Below, in pieces: positions 30,368 through 39,820 of a stretch of DNA of 64,000 bases. Position 1 is the stretch's first letter. Every line of letters starts with the position of its first letter. Under the pieces are notes generated by a model, which was given only the letters and a program-made list of their open reading frames with translations, did no database searches and was not told the origin of the DNA. Location of the stretch: positions 32,001 to 96,000 of the forward strand of contig CAWHAE010000020.1 of NCBI GenBank assembly GCA_963827235.1, read 5' to 3'. The DNA is from an uncultured bacterium. GTDB taxonomy: Bacteria > Chloroflexota > UBA5177 > JANWHV01. The translations under genes and the position numbers were made by a program.

Positions 30368-31240
30368 ATGAGTTCAATACATCTGGTCGATAGTATCGCG
30401 GCGGTCGTCCTCGCGGCCGCCCTGCTTGGTCCGCACGCGTCCGGCGCTCGCGCGGATGCCGCGCCACCCGTGGAGTCGCTTGGCCCAAACATTGTGGCAA
30501 ACGGCGGATTCGAGCAGGGCGCCGATCCCGGCGAGCACATCTACTTGCCGGCGGGTGCGTCGCCCTTGCTGCCCGGCTGGACGCTGTTGGCCGGGGCGGT
30601 CCTGTATGGCACGTCCTGGCAGGCCGAGGAAGGCAACCGAAGTCTCGCCCTCCACACCGACGGCGGGCTTGGGCAGGCGCTCAAGACCAAAGTGGGCCAG
30701 AAGTACCGGGTCGTGTTCTACCAGGCCGGCAATCCAAACGACCACGCGCCGTCGACTATCCGAGCGCAGATCGGCGCCTACCAGCACGACTATACCTACC
30801 AGTCCGGCCAGAGCGCGACTACCAAGCAGATGGACTGGCTGAAGCGCACCTTCACCTACACGGCAATCGCCGCTACGACACCGCTCAGCTTCACCGTGCA
30901 GTACGACTCCGGTAACGATCCCTTCGGCCTTGACAATATCCAAGTACGGGCCATCCTTTCCGGTTCCGCGAGCGGCACGCCGGCGACTTCGCTCAGGCTG
31001 GGCTCAGCAACCGCAAGCGCGGGCGGGACCGAGGCGATCGCGGTGACGGCCGCGCCGAATGCCGCGCTGGTGGTCGTGATCGACTACCCGGGCGGCGCGC
31101 AGGCCGTGACGCAGGCGAAGGCCGACACCACCGGTCACTACACGCTGTCCCTGACGCTGCCGCCCGCCGTCACCGGCACGGTGCACGTCACGGTCGACAG
31201 TGGAGGCAGTGTGGCGCAAACGACTTTCACCGTCAGCTGA
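30368..31240 (+). CDS. Secreted DUF642 / choice-of-anchor C-like carbohydrate-binding protein with extra C-terminal domain
   Basis: Signal peptide, 'NIVANGGFEQ', 'LPGWT', 'WQAEEGNRSL.L', 'Q...T.VGQKYRV.F..AGNP', 'W....FT.TA....T.LSF', 'LDNIQV'. Confidence 0.8.
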   Translation: MSSIHLVDSIAAVVLAAALLGPHASGARADAAPPVESLGPNIVANGGFEQGADPGEHIYLPAGASPLLPGWTLLAGAVLYGTSWQAEEGNRSLALHTDGGLGQALKTKVGQKYRVVFYQAGNPNDHAPSTIRAQIGAYQHDYTYQSGQSATTKQMDWLKRTFTYTAIAATTPLSFTVQYDSGNDPFGLDNIQVRAILSGSASGTPATSLRLGSATASAGGTEAIAVTAAPNAALVVVIDYPGGAQAVTQAKADTTGHYTLSLTLPPAVTGTVHVTVDSGGSVAQTTFTVS

Positions 31241-31290
31241 GATGCTGCGGCACGGCAAAGCGCCGCGGCGACTTTCGGCTGGATGAGTGC

Positions 31291-31336
31291 GCCCGGCCAC
31301 CCCGTCCCGGCGTTCGCCGGGACGGGGTGGCCGGGC
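31291..31336. terminator. 22-bp perfect inverted repeat between convergent genes (probable bidirectional terminator)
   Basis: GCCCGGCCACCCCGTCCCGGCG-TT-CGCCGGGACGGGGTGGCCGGGC, with no U-tract. Confidence 0.65.
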
Positions 31337-31353
31337 TCGAGTCTCTACCTCGC

Positions 31354-32043
31354 TCACCGGCGGCGCGTGCCTGCTTCCGCCTGTGCAAGCACCTCGGCGA
31401 TCCTGAACGCGAGCAGACTGGGTATCACCAGGTCTGCTTGCTTGAGTGCGGTCGCATCGCCCACACCTACTGCGTACATGCCCGCAGCCTTGATCGCCTG
31501 TATGCCCACCACGGCATCTTCCACGCCGATGCATTGATCGGGATCCACGCCCAGGCGGTGCGCCGCCTGCAGGAAGATCTCAGGATCGGGCTTTCCCTTG
31601 GCCACGGTGCGAGCGTCGACCACATAGTCAAAGCGATCGGCGATGCCCAGCCTGTCGAGCACGGTCGGGGCGTTCTTGCTTACGGATGCCAGGCCGATCT
31701 TGAGGCCGGACGCCCGCACGGTTTCCAGTGCTGGCAGCGCGCCCGGCAGCAGGTCGGCGGGAGTCATGGCCGCCACGAGTTGCCTGTAATAGTCGTTCTT
31801 CTCTTCTGCCAACCTGACTTTCTCGGTCGCAGGGAATGCTCGCGGAGACTGGCTGAGTATGAGCTCCAGGGAGCCCATCCGGTCCACGCCCTTCAGACGC
31901 TCATTGAATTGCTTGTCGAACGGAATGCCCAGACCATCGGCAAGCCGCTTCCATGAGAGATAGTGATAGCGGGCCGTGTCGGTAATCACGCCGTCGAGAT
32001 CGAAGATCACGGCACCGTACGCCTGAGACACCGGCTCGTTCAT
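31354..32043 (-). CDS. pgmB: Beta-phosphoglucomutase
   Basis: FDLDGVITDTA, LKGVDR..SL, ASVSKNA, GKPDPEIF, GVEDA..G. Directly downstream of the GH65 gene. Confidence 0.93.
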   Translation of the reverse strand: MNEPVSQAYGAVIFDLDGVITDTARYHYLSWKRLADGLGIPFDKQFNERLKGVDRMGSLELILSQSPRAFPATEKVRLAEEKNDYYRQLVAAMTPADLLPGALPALETVRASGLKIGLASVSKNAPTVLDRLGIADRFDYVVDARTVAKGKPDPEIFLQAAHRLGVDPDQCIGVEDAVVGIQAIKAAGMYAVGVGDATALKQADLVIPSLLAFRIAEVLAQAEAGTRRR

Positions 32044-32046
32044 CGG

Positions 32047-34518
32047 CTAAGCCTCCAGTCCTGCGAGCTTGGCGCCGGCGGTCGGCCGGCCCGCGATGCC
32101 GTTCCCGCCCTCCTGCACTTCCGGAGTCTCGATGGCCGTTTCTGCCGGTCCGGCCGAGGCGAGGCGCACCGCTCTGTCGCGATGAAGGAAGGCGAACGAG
32201 TCTCCCTCGAGCAGCGTGTAGACGACTCGCAGCCGTTCGACGCGGACCTGAAGCAGCGAGCCGCGAAAGCGAATCTTGAACTGGTAGTGGGTCCACCTCT
32301 CCGGGAGGTTGGGCGCGAATCGCAATGCGCCGTCCTGCAACCTCATACCGGCAAATCCGTACACCACTCCCATCCATGTGCCTGCCATGGCCGCCGTGTG
32401 CACGCCCGTCTCGGTATTGCCATGCGTGTCGTCAAGGTCCAGGCGAGCCGTTTCCATGAAGTACTTGTAGGCCTTCTCATGATAACCGACCTCCGCCGCG
32501 ATGATGCCGAAGATACATGCGGAGAGCGACGAATCGTGCGTGGTCACCGCTTCGTAGTAGTCGAAGTCTCGCTTCTTGTCTTCGAGCTCGAACCAGTGTC
32601 CGAGCAGCAGGAGTGCGAGGACCACGTCCGCCTGCTTGCAGACCTGGTAGCGATAGATGACTAGAGGATGCACGTGCAGGAGAAGCGGGCTTGCGTCCGG
32701 CCAGGCGCTGCTGAAGTCCCACTTCTGTTTGTCGAGGAAGCTGTCGTCCTGAGGGTGGATCTGGAGCGCCTGGTCGTACGGCAGGTAGATGAGGTCGGAG
32801 GCGTGGTGCCATTCCGTGGGCTCCTCCGGGCGCAGATGGATGCGATTGGCAAGGATCGCGAATGCCTCGGGCTCCGTCGTGCCCAGCCGGGCGGCCAGAT
32901 CTGCCGCGTATCGGAGGTGCATTTTAGCCATGGCATTGGTGTAGTAGTTGTTGTTGACCAGCGCCGAATACTCGTCGGGACCGGTTACCTCGTGGATGCA
33001 GAAAGCGCCGCCACGCCTGGCCACGTAGCAACCGATGTCCATCCAGATGCGCGCGGTCTGCATGACGATCTCGGCACCTTGCGCGGTGATGAACTCTGTG
33101 TCGCCCGTCGCCTCCTCATACAGCTTGATGGAGTAGGCGATGTCGGCGTTGATGTGATACTGCGCGGTTCCGGCCGGGAAATATGCGGAGCACTCTTCGC
33201 CGCCTATTGTCCTCCACGGGTAGAGCGCTCCCAGCGCAGGTTCCGGCTCCGCGTCTGCTACCGGCGTGCAGAACCGCGAGAGCTCACAGGCGCGCGCTCG
33301 CGCTTGATCCAGGCCCTCGTAGCGAAACTGCAGCAAGCAACGGGCGATCTCCGGTCGGGTGAACAGAAAGAACGGAAACACGTAGGTCTCGGAATCCCAG
33401 AAGTAGTGACCCGCGTAACCTTCACCCGTCACGCCTTTGGCCGCGATGTTGGTCTTGCCGTCGCGTCCCACGGACTGCAGAAGATGGAATTGATTGAACC
33501 TGAGCCCTTGCTGCACGGCATCGTCCCCGGCGATCTCGACGTCCGCGCATCGCCAGAAGGCGGCCAGGTACCGCCGCTGCTCCTCACAGAGCGTGGCGAA
33601 CCCGGCGCCACGTCCTGCCTGCAGGGCCGCTCGCGCCTCCGCCAGCACGCGATCTTCGGCGAAATCGCGGGAGGTGCAGTAAGCGCCGAGCTTGGTCAAT
33701 CGCAAGGACTCGCCCGGCTGAAGTTCGACGGTGTAGCGCTGCTCGAGCCGCTGGCGAGCGCGCTCGTGCTCGGTATGCAGGTGGCGGCTGCCGGCGTACT
33801 CGCAGTCCGTGTGCACGGCACTGGCCAGCAGGAAGTCGCTGTGCTGCGTGCGATGGGTGAGCGTCATGACGGCCCCGGCGATCTGAGCGGCGGCCAGCTT
33901 CAGCCTGGGGCCGGCCACGGCGGTGCCGACCCTAGGATCGTCGCCCGTCTCCAGGTTGCTGACCATGCCGTCGAGCACGGATGCAAGGCGCACGACGGCA
34001 GATCCGTCAAGCAGCTGCACCTGGTAGTCGAGGGCGAAGAGGTGCTTGCGTGCGAAGCTGACCAGCCGGCTGCTCGTGATCTGCACGCGCTTGCCGCCGG
34101 GAGACCGCCATGTGACGGAGCGGTGCAGGACCGCTTCCCGGAAGTCCATCCAGCGCTCGTAGCGCTCGATCGTGCCTTGAAGCAGCGTAAAGGGATCGCC
34201 GTCCACGTACAGCCTGACGATCTTCGCGTTGGGCACGTTGAGCATGAACTGGTGGTGGCGAGCGTATCCGTAGGCCGGCTCCGGATACTGGATGTCGTCC
34301 GACTCATAGAACCCGTTGAGATAGGTTCCGTCCAGCGATCGGTAGCCCGGACCCGTGAATCCTTCCTCGTGCGCGCCACGCAGTCCGATATATCCGTTGC
34401 CGAGGGCGAACAGGGTCTCGTTCAGCACGCTGGACTGGGAGTCGAACGCGCTCTCCGTAAGTCGCCAGGGCTCCACGGGGTGCAGGTACCCGCTGCCCCC
34501 CTGCGCATTGCCGTTCAC
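32047..34518 (-). CDS. GH65 disaccharide phosphorylase (maltose/trehalose phosphorylase-like)
   Basis: 'ETLFALGNGYIGLRG', AKGVTGEGYAGHYFWDSE, YHINADI, catalytic GPDEY, KQADV, HDSSLS. Confidence 0.93.
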   Translation of the reverse strand: MNGNAQGGSGYLHPVEPWRLTESAFDSQSSVLNETLFALGNGYIGLRGAHEEGFTGPGYRSLDGTYLNGFYESDDIQYPEPAYGYARHHQFMLNVPNAKIVRLYVDGDPFTLLQGTIERYERWMDFREAVLHRSVTWRSPGGKRVQITSSRLVSFARKHLFALDYQVQLLDGSAVVRLASVLDGMVSNLETGDDPRVGTAVAGPRLKLAAAQIAGAVMTLTHRTQHSDFLLASAVHTDCEYAGSRHLHTEHERARQRLEQRYTVELQPGESLRLTKLGAYCTSRDFAEDRVLAEARAALQAGRGAGFATLCEEQRRYLAAFWRCADVEIAGDDAVQQGLRFNQFHLLQSVGRDGKTNIAAKGVTGEGYAGHYFWDSETYVFPFFLFTRPEIARCLLQFRYEGLDQARARACELSRFCTPVADAEPEPALGALYPWRTIGGEECSAYFPAGTAQYHINADIAYSIKLYEEATGDTEFITAQGAEIVMQTARIWMDIGCYVARRGGAFCIHEVTGPDEYSALVNNNYYTNAMAKMHLRYAADLAARLGTTEPEAFAILANRIHLRPEEPTEWHHASDLIYLPYDQALQIHPQDDSFLDKQKWDFSSAWPDASPLLLHVHPLVIYRYQVCKQADVVLALLLLGHWFELEDKKRDFDYYEAVTTHDSSLSACIFGIIAAEVGYHEKAYKYFMETARLDLDDTHGNTETGVHTAAMAGTWMGVVYGFAGMRLQDGALRFAPNLPERWTHYQFKIRFRGSLLQVRVERLRVVYTLLEGDSFAFLHRDRAVRLASAGPAETAIETPEVQEGGNGIAGRPTAGAKLAGLEA

Positions 34519-34576
34519 AGTTGTCCCTACCTTCAAGACGCGGCACGTAGTCGAGCGGCGCGCCAAACGCGATGCG

Positions 34577-35476
34577 CTACCCTTTCACAGCGCCGGCGGT
34601 GAGACCGGCCACGAGACGCCGCTGGAAGATCAGGACGAGGACGATGAGGGGCACAGTCACCACCACGGTGGCCGCCATGATGTCACCCCAGGGGCGGGCG
34701 TACTGGCTGTTGCCCGGCCAGGCGGCAATGGTGACGGGAACGGTATAGTGATCCGACGTCTGCAGGAACGAGACGGCGTACAGGTACTCGTTCCAGGCAT
34801 TGATGAACGCCAGTAACCCGGTGGTCACCAGTCCGGGGGCCGCCAGGGGCAGCATGATGGACCAGAAGGTACGGAACGGCGAGGCGCCGTCGACGTAGGC
34901 CGACTCCTCCAGCTCGCGCGGCATGGTGCGGAAGAAGCTCTGCAGCACCCAGATCGTGAACGGCAGGGTGAAGATCAGGTAGGAGATGATCAGCGACCAC
35001 GAGGTGTTGATCAGGCCGAAGTCGCTGAACAGGGTATACAGGGCGCCAAGGATGGCGATCTGGGGAAAGATGGTCATCGAGAGGATGACATACATCATCA
35101 CCAGGCGGCCGCGGAAGCGCAGACGGCCGAGGGCGTACGCAGCGGAGGAGCCGACGACCAGCGACAGCAGGGTCACCGAGGCGGCGACGATCGCCGAGTT
35201 GATCAGGGCCGGCTTGAGCACGCCGCCCGTCAGGGCGCTATTGAAGTTGTCGAGCGTCGGGTGGCTGGGAAAGTACTGCACGGGCGTGAGGAACAGATCG
35301 GTCTCCGGCGTCAGGGCCGACCGGATCGCCCAGTAGAACGGGAACAGCATGTAGAAGGCGATCACGACGATCACCACGTAGAAGAGGCCCCGCAGCAGGA
35401 GGTTCTGGCGCTGGGCGCCGCGTGCCGGGTGCAGCCGGGCAACGCGGGCAGATCCTGGGATCGTAGTGACGCTCAT
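34577..35476 (-). CDS. Carbohydrate ABC transporter permease (MalG/ThuG-like)
   Basis: EAA loop 'PRELEESAYVDGAS', 'AWNEY', 'FQRRLVAGLTAGAVKG'. Confidence 0.93.
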   Translation of the reverse strand: MSVTTIPGSARVARLHPARGAQRQNLLLRGLFYVVIVVIAFYMLFPFYWAIRSALTPETDLFLTPVQYFPSHPTLDNFNSALTGGVLKPALINSAIVAASVTLLSLVVGSSAAYALGRLRFRGRLVMMYVILSMTIFPQIAILGALYTLFSDFGLINTSWSLIISYLIFTLPFTIWVLQSFFRTMPRELEESAYVDGASPFRTFWSIMLPLAAPGLVTTGLLAFINAWNEYLYAVSFLQTSDHYTVPVTIAAWPGNSQYARPWGDIMAATVVVTVPLIVLVLIFQRRLVAGLTAGAVKG

Positions 35477-36417
35477 TGCTGCTCCACCTTGAATACCGTC
35501 GTGTAGAGCACGACGAAGACGGCGATGATCAAGAACATCACGACGCTCAGGGCGGAGCCGTAGCCCACTTGATTGCCCGTCACAATCTCATTCTGAATCG
35601 TCGTGGCCATGGTCTGCGTATCGGCGCGGTTGCCGAAGAACACGTTGAAGATATCGAAGACGCGGATCGCGTCCAGGGTGCGGAAGATCAGGGTGACCGC
35701 GATCGCCGGCCGCAGCAGCGGCAGGGTGATGCGCCAGAGCTTCTGCAGCCCCGTGGCGCCATCCACGGCAGCGGCCTCGTAGATGTCGGTGGGGATGACC
35801 TGCAGGCCGGCCAGCAGGAGCAGGGCCACGAACGGCGTGGTCTTCCAGACGTCCACGGCGATGGTCGAGGCCAGCGCCGTGCTCGGGTCTTCCAGCCACG
35901 CCTGTCCTGGTGCCTTGAGGACATGGAGCTTGACCAGGAAGTCGTTCACCACGCCGAAGGTATCGTCGAGCATCCACTTCCACATCTGGGAGGAGACGAC
36001 GGTCGGGATGGCCCAGGGCACCAGCATGGCAGCGCGCATCCCGCCTCGGCCCTTGAAGTGGGAGTTGAGCACCAGGGCGATGCCCAGCCCGATGATGAAC
36101 TCCAGCACCACGGACCACACCGCGAACTTGAGCGTCGTCCCGATCGCGGCGAAGAAGTCGGGGTAGCCGCCGTTGACGTTGTTGGTGACGATGTTGTAGT
36201 AGTTCTCGAACCCCACGAACTTGGTGCCGCTGCCCAGAAACTGCTCGTTCGTGAAGCTGCTGTAGATCGTGCGGACCAACGGGTACAACGCGACAAAGAC
36301 CAACACGGCCAGGGCCGGGACCAGCATCAACCAGGCCAGACGGACTTGCCGCGCTTGCAGGGTGAGCCCGCCTCGCCGCTTGGCCGCACCGGCCGGCAGG
36401 CTGACTTGCTCGTTCAT
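35473..36417 (-). CDS. Carbohydrate ABC transporter permease (MalF/ThuF-like)
   Basis: 'FVGFENY', 'PWAIPTVVS', 'DVWKTTPF', 'YEAAAVDGA', 'FRTLDA.RVFD'. Confidence 0.93.
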   Translation of the reverse strand: MNEQVSLPAGAAKRRGGLTLQARQVRLAWLMLVPALAVLVFVALYPLVRTIYSSFTNEQFLGSGTKFVGFENYYNIVTNNVNGGYPDFFAAIGTTLKFAVWSVVLEFIIGLGIALVLNSHFKGRGGMRAAMLVPWAIPTVVSSQMWKWMLDDTFGVVNDFLVKLHVLKAPGQAWLEDPSTALASTIAVDVWKTTPFVALLLLAGLQVIPTDIYEAAAVDGATGLQKLWRITLPLLRPAIAVTLIFRTLDAIRVFDIFNVFFGNRADTQTMATTIQNEIVTGNQVGYGSALSVVMFLIIAVFVVLYTTVFKVEQQ

Positions 36418-36505
36418 GTCCCCTCCGGGCACTGGCCGGGACTGGAAGCTGCCTTCCAGTCCCGGCGTATCAACGTGGGACGCTAGGTGCCGCGCGCTGG
36501 GTCGC

Positions 36506-37864
36506 CTAGTGTTTGGCCATCAGGGCGTTCAGCTTGCTGTCGATCCCCGGCAGCACGGAGGAGGGATTCGAGCCGTTGAGCACTTGGTTGATGCCCTGAT
36601 AGATGTCTGTCGAGGCCTGCTGGTAGTTGATGCCCAGCAGACCGGCCGGCCGTGCCACGCGCATGACGTTGGCAATGGCGGGCTTCAGATAGGGGTTCGC
36701 GGCGCGCACGGTGGCGTCGTTGGCCACCGAGGCGATGGTCGGCACGTAGCTGGCAAACAGGGCATCGAACTTCTCGACCGCCGGGCTGGTCAGATAGCGC
36801 ACGAACTCCACCGAGGCAGGGATGTTCTTGGAGTACTTGGACACGGCCAACTGCCAGCCACCGACGGTGCCTACCGGCTTGCTGCCCGGCTCGGCGGGGA
36901 GCGTGGTCACGTCAAACTTGCCGGCGACTTTGCTGCCCTTGGCCGCGGATAGGGCGTACGCATAGGGCCAGTTGCGCATGAACGCCGCGTTGCCGGAGTC
37001 GAAGATATTGCGGGCCCCCTCCTCCTCCATGCTGGTGACGCCGCGCGGGCTGATCGTGCCCACCCAGCCCTTCACCAGGGTGAGCATCTTGATGAAGGCT
37101 GGGTTGTTCAGATCCGCCTTGCCATTCACGATGAAGCCGGGCGTGCCGCTGGAGGCCAGCCATTCGAGTGCGTCACAGGTCAGGCCCTCGTAGGAGTCGC
37201 CCTGGAAGACGAAACCGGAAAAGTTCGCGTTGGACTTGCGCTCGCCCGTCGCGATGGTCGTGGCCATCGTGGTGAGCTGGTCCCAGGTGGTGGGTGGCGC
37301 GCTGAAGCCGTACTTCTTGAGCAGGTCGGTGCGATAGTAGAGGATGCCGAAATCGCCGAACCAGGGCATGGCGACCAGGTGCCCGCCCACCGTGTCGTTG
37401 GCGACGATGCCCGGTGCCTGCCGTGCGATCTCGGCACTGCTGAAGTAGGACTTGAGGTCCACCAGGTAGGGAGCAAAGGCGCCCGGCCAGATCACGTCGA
37501 TCACCATCACGTCGAAGGCGCTCGACTTGCCCTGGAAGTTGCGCACCAGCTGGGAGTAGTGGTCGGTGGACGAAGCAGCGCCCTCGACGATGTTGACCCC
37601 GATGCCCGTGTCCTTGGTGAACTCCGCGGCGAGAATGAGGTCGCGGTTATGGTCACTGCCGACCGAGCCGCCCACGTAGGTGATGCTGGTGCCGCCGTAC
37701 TTGGCTTTCAGCGCGGCGGCGTTGGGCACGGCAGGCGCATTGAGTGTCGCGCTATCCGCCACCCTGGCGGCATGGACAGTGGCCGGAAGCGCCGGGGTCA
37801 GTGAGAGCACCGTGGCCGTGGTCAGTAACGCTGACACGAGAAACGTGCTGGACTTCAACGTCAT
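36506..37864 (-). CDS. Carbohydrate ABC transporter substrate-binding protein (ThuE/TMBP-like)
   Basis: 'DVMVIDVIW', 'LYYRTDLLKKYG..PPTTW', 'QG..YEGLTCD.LE', 'FMRNWPY', 'GGWQLAVS'. Signal peptide has no lipobox Cys. Confidence 0.92.
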   Translation of the reverse strand: MTLKSSTFLVSALLTTATVLSLTPALPATVHAARVADSATLNAPAVPNAAALKAKYGGTSITYVGGSVGSDHNRDLILAAEFTKDTGIGVNIVEGAASSTDHYSQLVRNFQGKSSAFDVMVIDVIWPGAFAPYLVDLKSYFSSAEIARQAPGIVANDTVGGHLVAMPWFGDFGILYYRTDLLKKYGFSAPPTTWDQLTTMATTIATGERKSNANFSGFVFQGDSYEGLTCDALEWLASSGTPGFIVNGKADLNNPAFIKMLTLVKGWVGTISPRGVTSMEEEGARNIFDSGNAAFMRNWPYAYALSAAKGSKVAGKFDVTTLPAEPGSKPVGTVGGWQLAVSKYSKNIPASVEFVRYLTSPAVEKFDALFASYVPTIASVANDATVRAANPYLKPAIANVMRVARPAGLLGINYQQASTDIYQGINQVLNGSNPSSVLPGIDSKLNALMAKH

Positions 37865-38149
37865 CTCCTTCTTCCTCAGTAGCGGACAATGCACTCCTTT
37901 GGCCGAATCACGCTGTGCCTACCTGGCGCCTTTCGGGAGCACTCGAGAAACCCGACATGCGCGCTTCCGCTTCTCACGGATCGGCTCGTGGAATCCGGCC
38001 AGGCGACAGGCTCGTATCCTCCTTCCCTCAGGTATGCACGCCATAGAGCAATGAGACCTGAGCCGGGACTACCGGTGCCTTCGGGTCGGGGGAACGGCGC
38101 CTGCCCGTGCTGTCATAGAACGGAACGTGAAGCCGTCTCTACCGTTGTA

Positions 38150-38208
38150 TACACCGGTGTAAGTCCCAGCGCGTCTGCTATTCTAGCACGCGCGATCGGC
38201 AGACGCAA
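38150..38208 (-). promoter_or_regulatory. Promoter of the sugar ABC-GH65-pgmB operon with a LacI-type operator
   Basis: Minus strand TTGCGT (38208-38203)-N17-TAGAAT (38185-38180) with extended TG. Perfect palindrome TACACCGGTGTA at 38150-38161 just downstream. Confidence 0.7.
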
Positions 38209-38316
38209 GAGTCTGGGCACCAGTCCTCGCTGTCTCCCAATCGACCGCTTTATTTGTGACGCGGCCTGGGGCATAATTCCGGTATGATGCCTTCTTGACG
38301 AGAGGAATGCACGCGC

Positions 38317-38808
38317 ATGCCAGGATCAGCAAAGCCGAAGATTGCAGGCGTGACGATCACGACCGACGGTCTCTGGCGCTGCAATAACTGCTCGCGTGCT
38401 CCTGCTACCACGCCCGTTTGTGCCGGTGCGCATGACGACGGCTTGCCGCGGTGCGGCAAAGCACTGTGCGCCCACTGCGCCGACCGCTGCATTCGCTGCC
38501 GCGCATACCTTTGTCCCGATTGCTTCCAGCGATCGAAGGAGGGCAGTCTCTGCGCCCATTGCCCCCCGCCCCCGGACGGTCGCCTCGCCTACATGGAGCG
38601 CCAGCGGGCACGGTCCGCTAATGCTACGCCCTCTTCTGCCGACGGGCGGGACTGGAAAGCTGATGCCGACCGCGCCTATCAGTCGGCGGCCGACGCCCAG
38701 CATTCGTTCGACGATGCCGTGCGCAAGGCGGACGAGATAGAGCGCCAGCTCGAGGAGATGAAGGCAAGGCTGCGCAAACAGCAGGACGCCAGGCGCGATC
38801 GCCAGTAG
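38317..38808 (+). CDS. Cys-rich zinc-finger (B-box-like) protein with C-terminal coiled coil
   Basis: CNNC, C..H....C, CAHC...CIRC...CPDC, CAHC, then a helical heptad tail 'AVRKADEIERQLEEMKARLRKQQ'. GAGGA RBS. Confidence 0.65.
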   Translation: MPGSAKPKIAGVTITTDGLWRCNNCSRAPATTPVCAGAHDDGLPRCGKALCAHCADRCIRCRAYLCPDCFQRSKEGSLCAHCPPPPDGRLAYMERQRARSANATPSSADGRDWKADADRAYQSAADAQHSFDDAVRKADEIERQLEEMKARLRKQQDARRDRQ

Positions 38809-38866
38809 ACGCAGGTAGGTCTGGCCTCTCTCCGGCTCTAGCGCGTTGCCGTCGGGCAAAGACCCA

Positions 38867-39607
38867 CTAGCGGAGCCTCTCGATTGCCGCCTGTAGCTGC
38901 TCCAGGCTCTTAATGGAGGGCACACCCGCGGGCGGCTCGTCGGCGCGCTCCGGCGGCCGGCGCATCCACACGGCTCGCAGGCCCGAGCTCAGGGCGCCGC
39001 CAATGTCGCAGCACAGATCGTCGCCGACCATCACCGCCTCCTCCGGCTGCACCTCGAGCCGCTCCAGCGCCAACCTGAAGAGTGCCGGGTGCGGCTTCAT
39101 CTGGCCGACCTCGGCAGAGGTGACCGCGCAGCTGAAGAAGCGCGCGATGCCGAAGTACGCCAGGTCGTCCTGAAGGCTGGCACCGCCGTGCATGCGGTTG
39201 GAGATGATGCCCATGCGGAATCCCGCGGCGCTGAGCGCTTCCAGCGCCTCCAGGGCAAACGGCAGCAGCCTGGAAGTTTGCTTCTCCGAGACGTAGAGCG
39301 CGCCGATTATCGCGTCGGCCGTAGCCGAATCGACGGTGACACCAAGCCCTGCCAATCCGCGGCGAACACATAGCTCAATGGGCATCGGCGAGGTGTCGCC
39401 GTCGCAGGCAGCCTGCTCGAGCTCCAGGTAGGTCCGGCGCACGACCGTGGCCAGAGCCTTGGCTGTCACCAGGCCTGCCTTCTCTTTCGGCAGGAGCCGA
39501 AGAGCGGCCGGGGCCACCGTGCCGAGGATCTGCTCCGGCACCAGGCCCGGATGCCATTCCATGAGCGTTCCCCCCAGATCGAAGAGCACGGCCTGCGGTG
39601 CGGGCAT
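38867..39607 (-). CDS. HAD-superfamily hydrolase (subfamily IA)
   Basis: 'AVLFDLGGTL', 'IISN', 'KPHPALF', 'MVGDD...DI.GA...G'. Confidence 0.88.
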   Translation of the reverse strand: MPAPQAVLFDLGGTLMEWHPGLVPEQILGTVAPAALRLLPKEKAGLVTAKALATVVRRTYLELEQAACDGDTSPMPIELCVRRGLAGLGVTVDSATADAIIGALYVSEKQTSRLLPFALEALEALSAAGFRMGIISNRMHGGASLQDDLAYFGIARFFSCAVTSAEVGQMKPHPALFRLALERLEVQPEEAVMVGDDLCCDIGGALSSGLRAVWMRRPPERADEPPAGVPSIKSLEQLQAAIERLR

Positions 39608-39820
39608 GCAAAGTCCCTCGTTTTCAAGAGTGGCGGCAGATATAACGACTCGCCGGCCAGGGCTCACAACCTCTCCGACCGCCGGCGGCACTGTCATTGT
39701 AGCCGGTCGTGCCCGGCCGCAGCGTTCTCCGCCTGCTACTATCAAGACGTCTATCGACGGCGCCACGCGCTGAGCCGCGGTGGGCGCCCAGGCGGATCTC
39801 AGGCGGGGAGGTCGCGAGAT

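Noticed and set aside
32668-34602. Long antisense ORFs (644 aa here; also 1112..2587, 35476..36486, 62387..63409, 10777..11760 and the Val-rich ORFs at 14-16 kb)
   Set aside because: These are shadow frames opposite well-supported genes, expected in high-GC DNA, with no recognisable motifs.
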